A DNA stretch of 64,000 nucleotides from Eledone cirrhosa (GCA_964016885.1 OZ024761.1:14260001-14324000); one strand, 5' to 3'. Numbered from the stretch's first letter, positions 1 through 11,957 are shown. Notes: generated by a model from the sequence alone, not told the origin. Translations and numbers: made by a program.

Positions 1-95
1 GATTAGTTGCGCTATTACTTTTTCCGTGACCTCCATGATTTGGTCGATTAACTTAATGCCTCTATAGTTACTCCTATCTAGGGCGTCTCCTTTAC

Positions 96-133
<38 letters not shown>

Positions 134-412
134 TGAGAGAGAGAGATATATACATAGACACACACACACACACACACTCTCTTTCTCACAAACATACACC
201 CACACACACGTATATATATATATGTCCAACCATTTTCATTGCTATGGCAATGCGGTTGGACTGCCGATCGCTATATTTGATTTGCAAAGCTGTCTAAACA
301 TATTGTTATTACTCTGGGGTATTATTCTCTATCGAGTGCTAAAGGTACATTCCGAATTTGCATTCGTTAGCCTAGTCGCAGCCTAAAGCTTTGTTAATGT
401 TGTACTAAAATT

Positions 413-453
<41 letters not shown>

Positions 454-629
454 CATTTCATTTTCATTGCATTTCATTTTACGTCCACTTTTCCCTGCTT
501 GCAAGGGTGGGACGGGAACTGATTCTGGCTTGATTTCTACAGCTCGATGCCCTTCCTAACACCAACCTCATTTACAGTGAGTGCTGGGTGCTTTTTTGCC
601 GTGGCACCTCCACGACCACTTTGCAGTGG

Positions 630-800
630 AATGATAGGAACCCCAGTCCCTATCATCTCATTTCTACAGCTGAGTAAACTGGAGCAATGTGAAATAAAGT
701 GTCTTGCTCAAGGAAACAACACATCACCCGGTCTGAGAATTGAACTCACAACCTTTCGATTGCAAGGCCAATGCTCTAACCACTAAGCCATGTGCCTCCA
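630..800 (-). mobile_element. tRNA-derived SINE (CORE-like family)
   Basis: Reverse complement reads GAGGCACATGGCTTAGTGGTTAGAGC (A box)...GAGTTCAATTC (B box)...TCCTTGAGCAAGACACTT...CAGTTTACTCAGCTGTAGAAATG. Near-identical copy at 21563-21745 (+), head fragment at 7861-7946 (-), related copies at ~850-1097 and ~10225-10458 (-). Confidence 0.8.
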
Positions 801-1159
801 TATATATATGTATATCTAAGTCTAAAGTCTGTCTTAAGCTGGAAGGCTCATTTGGCTGGTGCTTATCTCGGTTTGATGGCGTGAAGCAAATGACAGTACA
901 AAACTCACCCCTGGACAGGATGCCAGTCCATTGCAGGGTTAAACCTCCAGCTATTGCTGGAACTCATTTTCAGCTGAGTCTACTGGAACAACGTGAAATG
1001 AAGTGTGTTGCTGAAGAACACAACACACAACCCAGTCTAGCAATCAAACCCACAACATTATGATTGGAAGTCCAACACACTTACCATTAGGCCATGTGCG
1101 TGTATAAACATGTATGTGTATAAACATACTTGTATGTGTATAAACAGCCATTGGCACCT

Positions 1160-1495
1160 CACCCGGCAAGAAGCAGCAACTGCTAAAGTACCTTTTCAGC
1201 TGTGAAAACCTTTTGCTATTATGCTGCACAACTGTGATCTCGCTGACCCTCTCACAATGTGGAGCAACCACTGCAAAAGTCTAGCTGAGGACATCCGCCA
1301 CCACACTCACAGACACAATCCAAATGTAAAATACGATGTCGTTTTCAATGAGGCGCTCATTTGTCTTGAAAACAGTGTCCTGGAGATTGGTGTTAGGCCT
1401 CTAAGTCACTACAGCTTACTTGTGCCTGACAGGAGTGTCCAGAGGTCAACATCTACAGAGCTTCTCTGCGAGACGAGTTACGAGATCAATGATTC
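1160..1495 (+). mobile_element. Helitron Rep-helicase fragment (degenerate)
   Basis: QEAATAKVPFQL*KPFAIMLHNCDLADPLTMWSNHCKSLAED...NEALICLENSVLEIG..LSHYSLLVPDR...ETSYE matches the EA....P.QLR.LFA..L..C...DP..LW......L.ED...N.AL..IE..L...G..L....LP.P pattern between the Rep and Pif1 domains; contains a stop. Confidence 0.75.
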
Positions 1496-3402
1496 TCCCA
1501 TGGTCAATTGTATGTAGGATACTCTAGGATGACCTCGCCAAACAATCTCTTCATCTTTGCTCCGGAGGACTGAACAAAAAATATTGTATACTCTGAGGCT
1601 CTAACAATGTAATTTAAATATTTTCTGTTACTTGGAATTTCCATTATGGTTGTACAAGTTATAGTTTCTTTAAAAATTTGTTCTCTGTTCAGCCTGTATT
1701 GTTGTAATTATCAATTTTCTTTAACGTACTGGCTGCTGAACTGGAGAATCCTAAAAACTATTCAAACCCAACATCAGAGCACGTTGGAGGGATTTAGTAA
1801 TAAAACTAATTTTCTCATTATTAATTTGGGGTTTGGAAAATAACAAACGTTCTTACATAAAATTAGAATGGAAGGTATTTTAAGATAAATATAAACAATT
1901 TAACCCTTTCTTCACCATATTTCTAATGAAAGATACTGCCTATGAATTTAATCAACTAGATAGCCTGCTCATAAAATTAACTCTTTCATTTCCATAATTC
2001 TAATAACAGACACTCTTTTACTATTTTACCTGTTCCAGCCATTCTGATAAGGTCATGCCTTTATTTTTCAAATAATTTTTTTAAATAATTGAGAGTTTGG
2101 AGGGATTATTAATTTGGGATTTGGAAAATAAGAAACGTTCTTACATAAAATTAGAATGGGAGGTTTTTTTTTAGATAAATATAAACACTTTCTTTATAAA
2201 CCCTTTCTTCACTATATTTCTAATGAAAGATACGGCCTATGATTTTCAAATAATTTTGAAGAAAAATCAAGAATTTGCAGGATTTAGAAATATGCCTCAA
2301 CATAGTTACTTTGATATATAGTTACCTTGATAGATAGTTACCTTGATGGATAGTGTCACTATGAACTCAGCTAGAGCGGGCTTTGAAATTTTAAAAAGCA
2401 AAGAAATGGTGAGAATATATTTATGATAACTTTCGATAAAACTCGACGCAAGTGTGTATTTTGATCTGGGGATGAACGTGGGCTGCATTAAAGTTTCGGA
2501 AAATCGATAATTGGATCGCCAGAGGCAAAAATCGATATTTACGAGATTTGTCCGATTCCAATGAAATTTGACGTAGGAATGTATTTTGATGCGGGGATCA
2601 ACGTGGGGTACTTGAAATTTTCAAAAAATAATCAGATCCCTAGAGGCAAAAATCCGGCAACCGGAAAACGCCATTCTTCTTGCTTCCATTTGTCGCGACT
2701 TCCGCCATGCAAAAGACTCGCCATTATGCCGCGGTTCAGATAAAGTCCCTTTTATTTCTTCTTCTGCACACGTGAGCGCGAAAATTGTTAAAAAAAAAAA
2801 ACTGTGAAAAAATCGACTTTTTCACCCTGCTTTAAAAAATCAACTGAAAATTCAATTTCAAGTGAATTTGACTTCCGTCAGTCGTGCAAAGAACAGTTTC
2901 AACGATACACTGTGAACCTACAATTGATCCATTATTTATGCTCAATTATACACCTGCGTCTACTAACCTGTTTTTTTCCTTGAGGTTCGAAGGTTTTTGC
3001 ACCTGTGATGCGTGGGAAGTAACTTTCACACATTTTAACAACAGAACAAAGGTCTACTTACAGCCGGGCAACGCTAGTATATATATATATACACACTACA
3101 GACTTGGGTGTAGTGTATATATATATATACACACTACAGACTTGGGTGTAGTGTGTATATATATATATATACACACTACAGACTTGGGTGTAACGATTGT
3201 TAAAGAAGCATTTCATTTGTGTTGAGAAATAAATTACTATTCTGTCCACATTTTCTAGTTTTTTGGAGTGTGTGGGTGGGTTGGGTATTTTATTTCAGTT
3301 AGTTAATTATTTCATTATGAAATGTCTGAAGGCGTAACAAAACTGTTGTGTGAGGAAAAAAAGAATTTATTCATCAACACTAATTAGCCTTATGTATAGA
3401 TA

Positions 3403-3870
3403 TCATCATTGTTTAACGTCCATCTTCCACGCTAGCATGGGTTTAGACGGGAATTATTCCACTTGAGGCAAGATTGGTCGTCTCGCTCATATAGGACTGT
3501 CTGGCAGGTTTTCTATGGCTGGATGCCCTTCCTAACACCAACCACATTTACAGTGTGGACTGGGAACTTTTTACCGTGTTACCTACACGGCCACATTACA
3601 GCGTGGACTGTGCGTTTTTTTGTTGTGACACCTACACGACCTCATTTATTTAGGACTGGATGTTGTGGTACCAACATAACTTTACAGAGAAAGAGGTGGT
3701 GTTGGTGGGAGTGGGGTGGGGGTGGAGTAGGGGTAGTGGGATGGGGGTGTATATTTGATTAAGAGGTGCCTACTGATTGTAGGTTTCGATTTGTATTTAG
3801 GCAAGGTGGGTCTTCTGTATTACTGCACCGCGCCAAAGATCTTGGTCCAGTGACATTGTCTTAGAGAGGT
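3403..3870 (-). mobile_element. Non-autonomous RTE-tailed retroposon
   Basis: (CAT)n + TTTAACGTCC..TTCCACGCT.GCATGGGT end resembling the RTE 3' ends in this window. Copies at ~17008-17210, 35205-35600, 35830-36300, 42105-42203, 44947-45398, 46548-46972, 63455-63625. Confidence 0.7.
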
Positions 3871-4131
3871 GTAGATTCTAAGGATAGTGTATGAAGTGGA
3901 GGAGGGAGGTTATAGAATAGGAAAATCGAATGAGAGTAGGAGACAATAAATTAGAATCTGCTGTATACATATCACTTTCAACGCTTGACCGCTCCAGTCA
4001 CTCCCCTATTGTTCTACAGGCAAGTTTAGCCACCCCTACCTCCCACCAAATGCCATGATAAACTTATTTGTGTTTACAACAAATTTTAACCAATCCTCTT
4101 GACAACTACAATCTTCCCATATAAGGAAGTA

Positions 4132-4227
4132 ACCCCTTGACAAGTTCGGCTATTTATTCACCAGGCTAAAAATTCTAATTTAGTCCAGAAATAGCCGTCG
4201 AAACGGCTTGAGCTCTGCCGTCGGGGT
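4132..4227 (+). ncRNA. Type I hammerhead ribozyme, U3-A8 core variant
   Basis: ACCCC TTGACAA [G..CGGCTATTT...AAATAGCCG.C] GAAA [CGGC ttgagctct GCCG] TC GGGGT: stems I, II and III all pair and the cleavage triplet is GUC. Confidence 0.7.
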
Positions 4228-4239
4228 CATACTTTTTCC

Positions 4240-4812
4240 TAGTGCGCTATCAATAAAACAGGGAAAAACCACCAGTGTATGGAATCTATAACCTATGAAA
4301 GGCAGAGTAGACACACGATAATTAAATATATAAATTAAAGTGTATATACATACCTCTATAACTATCTAACACACATACAAATCCACAAAGATCTGTTTCG
4401 CCAGTAAGTTGTTGACAGAAATTAAATAACCCAGGTTCATCAGCGTGTGTAAGGCTATACATTTCAGACAACTCTAAGAGAATTTAAAGCGACCGTCCAG
4501 CTACACGTGGGAGAGAGAAGTCACAGCGTGTTTAGGGCAGTGAACCAGTGGCATCTGAGAGACGAGCTGCTAGAAAGGGCAGCCCAAAACCACTCAGAGA
4601 GGTGTGATCAACCAAACAGAGAGTTAGGAAAGACTGTTATAATGAGCAAAATATCACAATAAATTAACGAAGCCATAGACTCTCGCTATTCCCTGTCAAT
4701 AATGTGCTCAAAAGAGAAGGAATCCTTTTAATTATCGTGTGTCTACCCTAACTTTCATAGGTTATAGATTCCATACACTGGTGGTTTTTCCCTGTTTTAT
4801 TGATGGTGCACT
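4240..4812. repeat. ~62-bp inverted repeat enclosing Penelope-type terminal sequence
   Basis: TAGTGCGCTATCAATAAAACAGGGAAAAACCACCAGTGTATGGAATCTATAACCTATGAAAG (4240-4301) and its reverse complement at ~4752-4812. Confidence 0.8.
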
Positions 4813-4871
4813 ATCTCTCTCTAGTGTGTTACCTTTTCAACATATTGTATTTTAAAGAGCTCAGGATTCCT

Positions 4872-5575
4872 GTGATAGGCTGTGAGAAGCCGCTGTTAGC
4901 CAACGCCGTGTTATAGTAGGGTGCCGCCCTGTCAAAGATAGCCTTATTAGAGGAGAGGTTTGAGATTCTAGTACTGATATTCTTAACGAAGTTTCTAAAA
5001 ACAGTGGGAGGGTGGCATGAGTCCTTGTGAATGTAATTGAGTTCCTCGTTTAGCTTATGGAAGGGTCTGTGGGTGTGTGTGCAAAGGTCTAAATTAATGT
5101 CTAAGAAATATACGCTAGAGAGGTTGGTAGCTACTGTTATCCTAAGTCTTAACTCATTGAAGGTAGAAGCTAAGTCTTTTTTAAACCGGTCGAGGTCGTG
5201 ACCACTTTTATGGCTCGATAAAGTCAGTCCATCGTCACGGTATATTCCCGTGTGGAAGTCCGGGTATCTAACACGTAATATGTCTAAAATAAATAGGCCA
5301 ACCAAGTCGCATACGTCAGCACTGTCAAATGATCCCATGGAGACGTCGAATAGGTCTGAAGTTGTAGACTTCATTGCCCAGGCTACTCCGTCGTTGAAGA
5401 GGAGGGTTTTCCGGCAGTGAGCGATGATTTCCCTGTCTAAACCATCGACGGCGGTATAAGTGGTAACAAAGTCCAACGCTTTGTTTAACAGGGTCTCTGA
5501 GATCGACGGGTAAAAATCGACAATGTCAAACTGTGTGAACTTCGTTTTTTTGGATTTTAAGGAGTTAAACCACCA
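4872..5575 (-). mobile_element. Penelope-like element reverse transcriptase fragment (inverted segment)
   Basis: ORF 4829-5743(-): FDIVDFYPSI, FDVSMGSFDSADVCDLVG, GIYRDDGL, FLDINLDL, YIHKDSCHPP (PLE thumb), RISNLSSN...AAPYYNTALANSG. Confidence 0.92.
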
Positions 5576-6028
5576 GGGTGTTCTTGCCGTAAGCCTGAAG
5601 CTTGCCCTCTTCGACAGCAATGCAACACACCAGTTGTAATTTATGAAGCTGTGGTCACTTCCAACCAACCAAACGAACCACAGGAGGTCAAATCCTATGT
5701 GGGCATGGCGGAGGGTCGATTTAAGGAACGTTTCCTGAACCACCAGTCTACATTCAGGTACCCGGACAGACGTTCATCCACGAAACTCGCCAGCCACATA
5801 TGGTCCCTCAAGGACTCAAGTATAGACTACTCCATTCAATGGAAAGCCATCACTAAGTCCAAGTCATACGCAAGGGGAAATCCGACGTGTGGCTTATGTA
5901 TTGACGAACAAATAACTATTCTAAAGAGATTACGCAATAGTGATTGCCTAAACACGAGAAATGAATTTTTCACAAGTTGTCCACACGTCGCCAAACACCT
6001 ATTGCATAACTACAAGGCTCCGGACTGA
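5573..6028 (+). mobile_element. Penelope-like element GIY-YIG endonuclease (C-terminus), probable Naiad clade
   Basis: In frame from 5573: PGCSCRKPEACPLRQQCNTPVVIYEAVV...YVGMAEGRFKERFLNH...LASHIWSLK...CGLC..E...LNTRNE...CPH. Contains CxCx5CPx4C plus VIY/YVG/R/H/E/LN GIY-YIG motifs. Clade assignment is from motif recall. Confidence 0.88.
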
Positions 6029-6625
6029 TTCTTTGTAATTTTTTTTCAACTAAAAACTTTTCGGACTTTCGCAGTTATCTCCCTTACACCTCTCGCACGC
6101 ATTCTAGTACCGCTTGTGTGAAGTGACCGGGTTTCTGCGCATGCGCGTTCGTACTGTTGTCCTTCCTGTTTCTATAACCATGCCCATTCCTAGCTGAGGA
6201 TCCGCTAAGGTGAAACAATTGTTCTCGGTATGGTGAACTAACTGTTGTGTAACCACTTCTACCTAACTCGTCCCATGGACTGAGTGCTCTACCACTATGG
6301 ATATTACCTTCCAGTGTTCCACCACTATTTACGTCTCCAGCACCGGTCAGCAGATTCTCTTCATTACGTAGAAGTTTGGCTTTTAGCAGATTCTTCACCA
6401 CGTGCGAGTTTGGCTTACTACCCTGAGAGCGCTCTCTATAGCCTTGTGTCCTACACAATTTTGTGTCTCATCAACGTCAGTATGGATTTATACGGACTGG
6501 ATTACTCCCTGAAGAACATTCCAACTCCCTCCAGCCATGTTTACCAAAAGCTCCTCCTACAAAAAGCGGAAGATGTCGTCAGACGCTTAAGATGGCCAGC
6601 CCTAGCTTTTTATTTACTTCACAGA
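6029..6625 (+). mobile_element. PLE pseudo-LTR followed by the start of a tandem ORF copy
   Basis: After the EN stop come a hammerhead (6177-6234), a bulged hairpin (6266-6285), then MDLYGLDYSLKNIPTPSSHVYQKLLLQKAEDVVRRLRWPALAF, a PLE ORF N-terminus-like YSLKNIP...RxRW.A motif, truncated. Confidence 0.75.
6177..6234 (+). ncRNA. Type I hammerhead ribozyme in PLE pLTR
   Basis: ACCATGCC..AG CTGAGGA TCC gctaa GGT GAAA CAATTG TT CT c GGTATGGT: canonical core, palindromic stem III. Confidence 0.85.
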
Positions 6626-6636
6626 TAGATTTTTTT

Positions 6637-6687
6637 AGTTTCAGAAGATCCCGTTAAGAGTGAAAGCAGCGATTCTTTGCTTAAACT
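6637..6687 (+). ncRNA. Hammerhead-like motif, A4 core (CAGAAGA)
   Basis: AGTTT CAGAAGA TCCCgttaaGAGT GAAA GCA..TGC TT AAACT. Family copies at 16841-16890(-), 22506-22556(-), 52887-52935(-). Confidence 0.6.
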
Positions 6688-6803
6688 TTAATCTGTTATT
6701 TTAATAAATATTTGCTCTACGGTCCTTATATATTTGATATATATTTATCCTTATCGAGCCCTCTTTGGATTTTAGTCTTCATATTTATTATTATTACTAT
6801 ATA

Positions 6804-6876
<73 letters not shown>

Positions 6877-7549
6877 TTCGTTTTTGAATTTGTTTTGCAA
6901 GATTTCTTATCTGAAAATGTGTGTTGAAACAGATATTGTTATACTTTGGGAGAGTCATGCTGCCGATAAAAGCACATGCACCTTTTGGTTTTCACTTCAA
7001 TTTATTTTATAGATTTCTGGTTGGTTTGATAACCAAATGGTTGTTTATATATTATGAAAGCTCTTTTGTCAGACATTCTGTGACCTCAGTGACTAGGTTT
7101 TTATTTTGTGTCTCTCCTTTGTTCTGTCTTACACTATCTTGTTTTGTGTGTATGGTTACACTTGAGATAGAGAAATTATACTTCATTAGGTAATATCTGA
7201 GTGAGCTGTGATAACCAGATGGTTGTCAAAGCTCTTTTGTCAGACATTCTGTGACCTCAGTGACTAGGTTTTTATTTTGTGCCTCTCCGTTGTTCTGTCC
7301 TACACCATCTTGTTTTGTGTGTAGGGTTACACTTGAGATGGGGGGAGTTAAACTTGAGGTAATATCTGAGTGGGGTTTATACACAGATCACTCATTCAGG
7401 TCCTTCATAACATTCATTGAAAAGGCTTTTTATCAGCTGAGATGAAGAGAAACACAAAAGCAAAAGGTTAAATATGCTAAAGATAATATATGCAGGTGTC
7501 AAAGGTCAAGAATGTGTTTGTTTTATATATATATATATGTGTGTGTGCA

Positions 7550-7780
7550 TATATATGCAATTATCACTGTGTAGGTGTGTGTATGTATATGGAATCATCA
7601 CACACACACTCACCTACTGTGTGCATATGTATGCAATTATCACTGTGTGTGTGCATATATATACAATTATCACTGTGTGTGTGTGTGTGTGCATATATAT
7701 ACAATTATCACTGTGTGTGCATATATATACAATTATCACTGTGTGTGTGCGTGCATATATATACAGTTATCACTGTGTGT
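7550..7780. repeat. ~30-bp minisatellite
   Basis: GCATATATATACAATTATCACTGTGTGT repeated about 6 times with a variable (TG)n. Confidence 0.85.
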
Positions 7781-8903
7781 GTGAGTGTGTGTGGGTGTGG
7801 AAAAATGAAAATGAAATTTACAGGTCACATCTACGAGGTCATATGACATAGCAGGTTTGGAAACAACACATCACCCGGTCTGAGAATTGAACTCACAACC
7901 TTTCGATTGCAAGGCCAATGCTCTAACCACTAAGCCATGTGCCTCCCAATGTAATGTAAATACTAAAGCGATAAACCGGCCATATTCATCCAGAATTCTC
8001 TCACTTCTTTCTGTTCAAACTGGCTCTAACTGGTCACTCAAACTGATGTTAAGGTATTGTTCTCAAAATAAATAATATCAAAATCTCATAGATTCAATAT
8101 TATGTGAGATATTATGTGAAATACGCCCTTTACCGCAAAAATACAATAGTAAGTATAGAGTAATGTAAATGGTAAACGGTTAAGGTATTCTTCTTAAAAT
8201 AAATGATCTCAAAATCTCATAGATTCGATATTATATGAAATAAAGTATTTACCGTGAAAATACAATAGTAAATATAAAGTAATGTAAATGCTAAAGGGTT
8301 AATTGCCATTGATATATAATCTTTATACCAGTATTTCAATTATTTGTATATTTTTTACAGGCAATGCAAAATGTCTGGGGTTTTCTAGGATGTTAAATAT
8401 TTTCACAACCAAATGTTATGAATGATTGATTGGATAGTGGGAGGATGTTCGATTAGAGCAACCACTCAGCAGTCAGAAGTTGGCCAATCAGAATAGAGAA
8501 CAAGAGACAGAGAGGCGAGGGAGGAAATTCTTTGAGTCAGCTGATTCTCAATGTGGTGTGTATATCTGTGTGTGGTTGCATGCATGTGTGTGTATTTGCC
8601 AGTGTGTGTGTCTGTATGCAGGCATGTGTATGTATGTTTGTGTATGCATTGTATTGGTGTGTGGGCTTCTTGTGTGTGTATGCATTGTATTAGTGTGTGT
8701 GTGTGGGGTTGTGTATGTGTGTGTAATGTGATGGTGTGGTGTGGTGTGTATGTGTGTGCATATAGTATGTGGTGTGTATGTATATGTGCGATGTGTGTAT
8801 GTGTGTGTCTGTTTCTCCATTACATCATAGGTTATGACACACACACACAATGTTTAAGGAGCACATGGGAATATATGTATACATATATATGTGTGTGTGT
8901 ATG

Positions 8904-8934
<31 letters not shown>

Positions 8935-9587
8935 TATCTTTACCTTTTCTAGCAGTCTCTCTCTCTGTTAGCCTCTTCCTCACCCTTCACTCACTCATTC
9001 TCTGGCACTACCTCTCCTCCTCCTCTTTCTTCCCGTTTGACCTGTGTGTGATTCTTTTCTCTCGAACGCTGGCCAAGCTGGTATGAATTTTTTTTCTCTC
9101 TCTCGTCTACGATTTCACAGAACTTATGTTTACCGAATTCGCAGACCAAACCCCTTCTTCCTCCCGTTAGACCTGTGCGAAATTCCTTCCTTGCTCACAT
9201 TTCAACCAGGTTTGATGGTCTTTATTCTCTCGTTCTCGATTTCACCGAATTTAAATTCATAGAAATCTGGGACTTGTCTCTTTCTTCATCACTTTCTGTT
9301 GCCTCACCATTTTGTTTGTTTACCCTCGCGTCCCCTTTATTTACGTGTCCCAACGACTTTTTTTAGCCGTTGTTCGCACCAACCGGAGGTATATGGTCTT
9401 TAAAGCGATGAAATGCCTATGATGGTTGGAAGATCACTGATGAAGGACAAACTTTTTCATATGTAACCCATTTGCAATGCCGCAGCTCCATTATTATCAT
9501 ATTTACATATATATATATATATATACATACACCCCATACATATATGTGTGTGTGTGGGTGTGTGTGTGTGTGTGTATATATATATAG

Positions 9588-9800
9588 TGCCAGGAATTGC
9601 CAGATGAAGGAAGACGTGGTAGAGGTAGACCACGAAAAACATGGGCGGAGGTGGTGAGAACAGACCTCAGATCATTGAAGCTCACGGTGGAGATGACGAA
9701 GGACCGTGACAAGTGGAGAGATGCTGTACTGAATAAGACCCGTCCCACCCTTGCAAGCAGGGAAAAGCGGACGTAAAATGATGATGATGATGATGATGAT
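9588..9800 (+). mobile_element. RTE LINE 3' fragment
   Basis: Encodes EGRRGRGRPRKTWAEVVRTDLRSLKLTVEMTKDRDKWRDA, followed by a (GAT)n tail. Confidence 0.85.
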
Positions 9801-9861
9801 ATATATATATATATATATACAATATATTAATAAATGGAAACTATATTTATAAAACCATATT

Positions 9862-9927
9862 TATTTTATTATATATATTTCAAGGGCAACAAAGGCAAAT
9901 TATGGTGCGCTTTCATCAGATAAAATA
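9862..9927 (-). ncRNA. Type I hammerhead ribozyme (tandem copy 1)
   Basis: Reverse complement: TATTTTAT CTGATGA AAGCGCA...TGCCCTT GAAA TATATA TA ATAAAATA. Confidence 0.82.
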
Positions 9928-10065
9928 CAGATTTGTTTTATAAATAAATATTGACATACCCGGAAAAAAGACAACCTTAACGGTTGGAGCTTCCTGGATA
10001 AACAAATTATTAGAGTAAAAATACGATATATTAACAAATGGAAACTATATTTATAAAACCATATT

Positions 10066-10130
10066 TATTTCATTATACATATTTCAAGGACACCAAGTTA
10101 AATTATGGTGTGCTTTCATCAGATAATATA
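10066..10130 (-). ncRNA. Type I hammerhead ribozyme (tandem copy 2)
   Basis: Reverse complement: TATATTAT CTGATGA AAGCACACCA...TGGTGTCCTT GAAA TATGTA TA ATGAAATA; core 203 nt from copy 1. Confidence 0.75.
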
Positions 10131-11109
10131 GAGCAGTTTTATAAATAGATATTGACATACCCTTAAAGAATGCGACCATTTCTATATATATATAGCTAAA
10201 AAAAGTCTAAACCAAGAAGGTTCGTTAGGCCGGTGCTTATCCCGGTTTCATGGCGTGAAGTGACTAAGAGTACAAGACACCCCCCTGGACAGGACACCAG
10301 TCCATCGCAAGGTTAAAACCCCCAGCTATTGCTGGTACTCATTTTCAGCTGAGTATACTGGAGCAATGTGAAATGAAGTGTTTTGCTCAGCCCAGGAATC
10401 AAACCTAGACATTATGATCGTAAGTCCAACACCCTTACTACTAGGCCATACGCCTCCACCAATTCATAGGGAAACTCATATTTTCTGGTATGTTTACATG
10501 TCTACATATTAGATATATCTAATCATATATATATACGAGTGATGCTAGAGCAGTGAAATCTTGCATGCATTAATATCAACTTTTCTTATTAATAACTGCA
10601 TTGTTTCTTTCCAGGAAATATGTTGAAAAATAAGCCTCATTTGGTTATTTCATGAGAGTATCTTGGTCAGCCTATGAACTTTTGAGCCGAGCCTGACAAA
10701 TATGCTGTGTTGTGTTATGTTCATTTTGTGCTGATAGACGCGGAGCCAGACTGAGTTATGTACCCTTGCCACAAGATATGTAACTTAAACTGTTCAGTAT
10801 CTACTAAAATAAAGCGAGCTACTGCTTCACTGCTGAATAATCGCATTTATTACGGGACAGATTTTACCTTCATAATCACAATCACCCATCAAACCAACAA
10901 CACAAACTACTACAATCTCTGTCACGCTCAAATGAACAGCAAGAAACACAAAGCGATTCCTTCCATCGTTACATCTACACTACATAACTCACCATATATA
11001 TATATATATATATAAGTAGTAACACAACAGTTAGTTCACCATACTGAGAACAATTGTTATATATATAAGTAGTAACACAGCAGTTAGTTCACCATACTGA
11101 GAACAATTG

Positions 11110-11167
<58 letters not shown>

Positions 11168-11249
11168 GTTATTCCGGGTTGAATCGGAGGTAACCACAGT
11201 AAGTAAGGTACTCAATACATAGCAGAGTATAACAGTTTTAATATAGATG

Positions 11250-11300
11250 AGATTCTACAGGACTAGAACTGTTTCATTCATTAGAAATCATCAGGAATCT
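11250..11300 (-). ncRNA. Type I hammerhead ribozyme (left arm)
   Basis: Reverse complement of 11764-11814. Confidence 0.85.
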
Positions 11301-11763
11301 GGGTATCAAAAAATAAATATGGTATTTATAGGTCTCTACAAGTGGTAGGAGAGGGTGGGGAGTGGGATGGGTGCAGGTCATTGGTTGATAGAAAAGGGAA
11401 TTCATTAAAAGCTAATTCTACAAAGCTATAGTTTATTTTTATTTTTATTTATATTTATTTATGTTTTTAGAGTAACAAAGGCAAACAGAATTCTATAAAC
11501 AGGTTCCGGATGGCATACCATTCCTTGTCAATAAGTTTCTCAATGGTATGCCATCCGGAACCTGTTTATAGAATTCTGTCTGCCTTTGTTACTCTAAAAA
11601 CATAAATAAATATAAATAAAAATAAAAATAAACTATAGCTTTGTAGAATTAGCTTTTAATGAATTCCCTTTTCTATCAACCAATGACCTGCACCCATCCC
11701 ACTCCCCACCCTCTCCTACCACTTGTAGAGACCTATAAATACCATATTTATTTTTTGATACCC

Positions 11764-11814
11764 AGATTCCTGATGATTTCTAATGAATGAAACAGTTCTA
11801 GTCCTGTAGAATCT
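11764..11814 (+). ncRNA. Type I hammerhead ribozyme (right arm)
   Basis: AGATTC CTGATGA TTTCtaatGAAT GAAA CAG ttctagtc CTG TA GAATCT: 6-bp stem I, GUA site. Confidence 0.85.
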
Positions 11815-11890
11815 CATCTATATTAAAACTATATATATATATATATATATATAATATAAGATCAAAAGATGGTTAAAGGAGTTCCATGTA

Positions 11891-11957
11891 TTTTATTATG
11901 CGCATTTCAAAAACAAACATCATCATGCAATAATATTTGTGTTTTCATCAGATAAAA
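11891..11957 (-). ncRNA. Type I hammerhead ribozyme
   Basis: Reverse complement: TTTTAT CTGATGA AAACACAAATATT...TTTGTTTTT GAAA TGCGCA TA ATAAAA; same family as 58653-58719. Confidence 0.82.

Larger units (their letters stand above)
11234..11830. repeat. ~600-bp near-perfect palindrome of PLE pLTR sequence
   Basis: Arms 11234-11522 and 11542-11830, 19-nt spacer, about one mismatch seen; each arm carries a hammerhead. Confidence 0.93.

Noticed and set aside
3061-3078. CAGCCGGGCAACGCTAGT Helitron 3'-end-like motif
   Set aside because: Hairpin incomplete and no linkage to the Helitron fragment at 1160-1495 can be shown.
4383-4450. Minus-strand CTGATGA...GAAACAGATCTTT hammerhead candidate
   Set aside because: Core and stem II are present but stem III and stem I do not close properly; probably a decayed copy, so it is not counted.
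7437-8425. Possible + strand exons (7824-7854, 8361 onward) giving VTSTRSYDIAGNAKCLGFSRMLNIFTTKCYE*
   Set aside because: Splice-like signals only; short, with no recognisable homology.
9437-9460. CTGATGAAGGAC at the end of a repeat (also 21244-21255, minus)
   Set aside because: Truncated before any GAAA or stem III.
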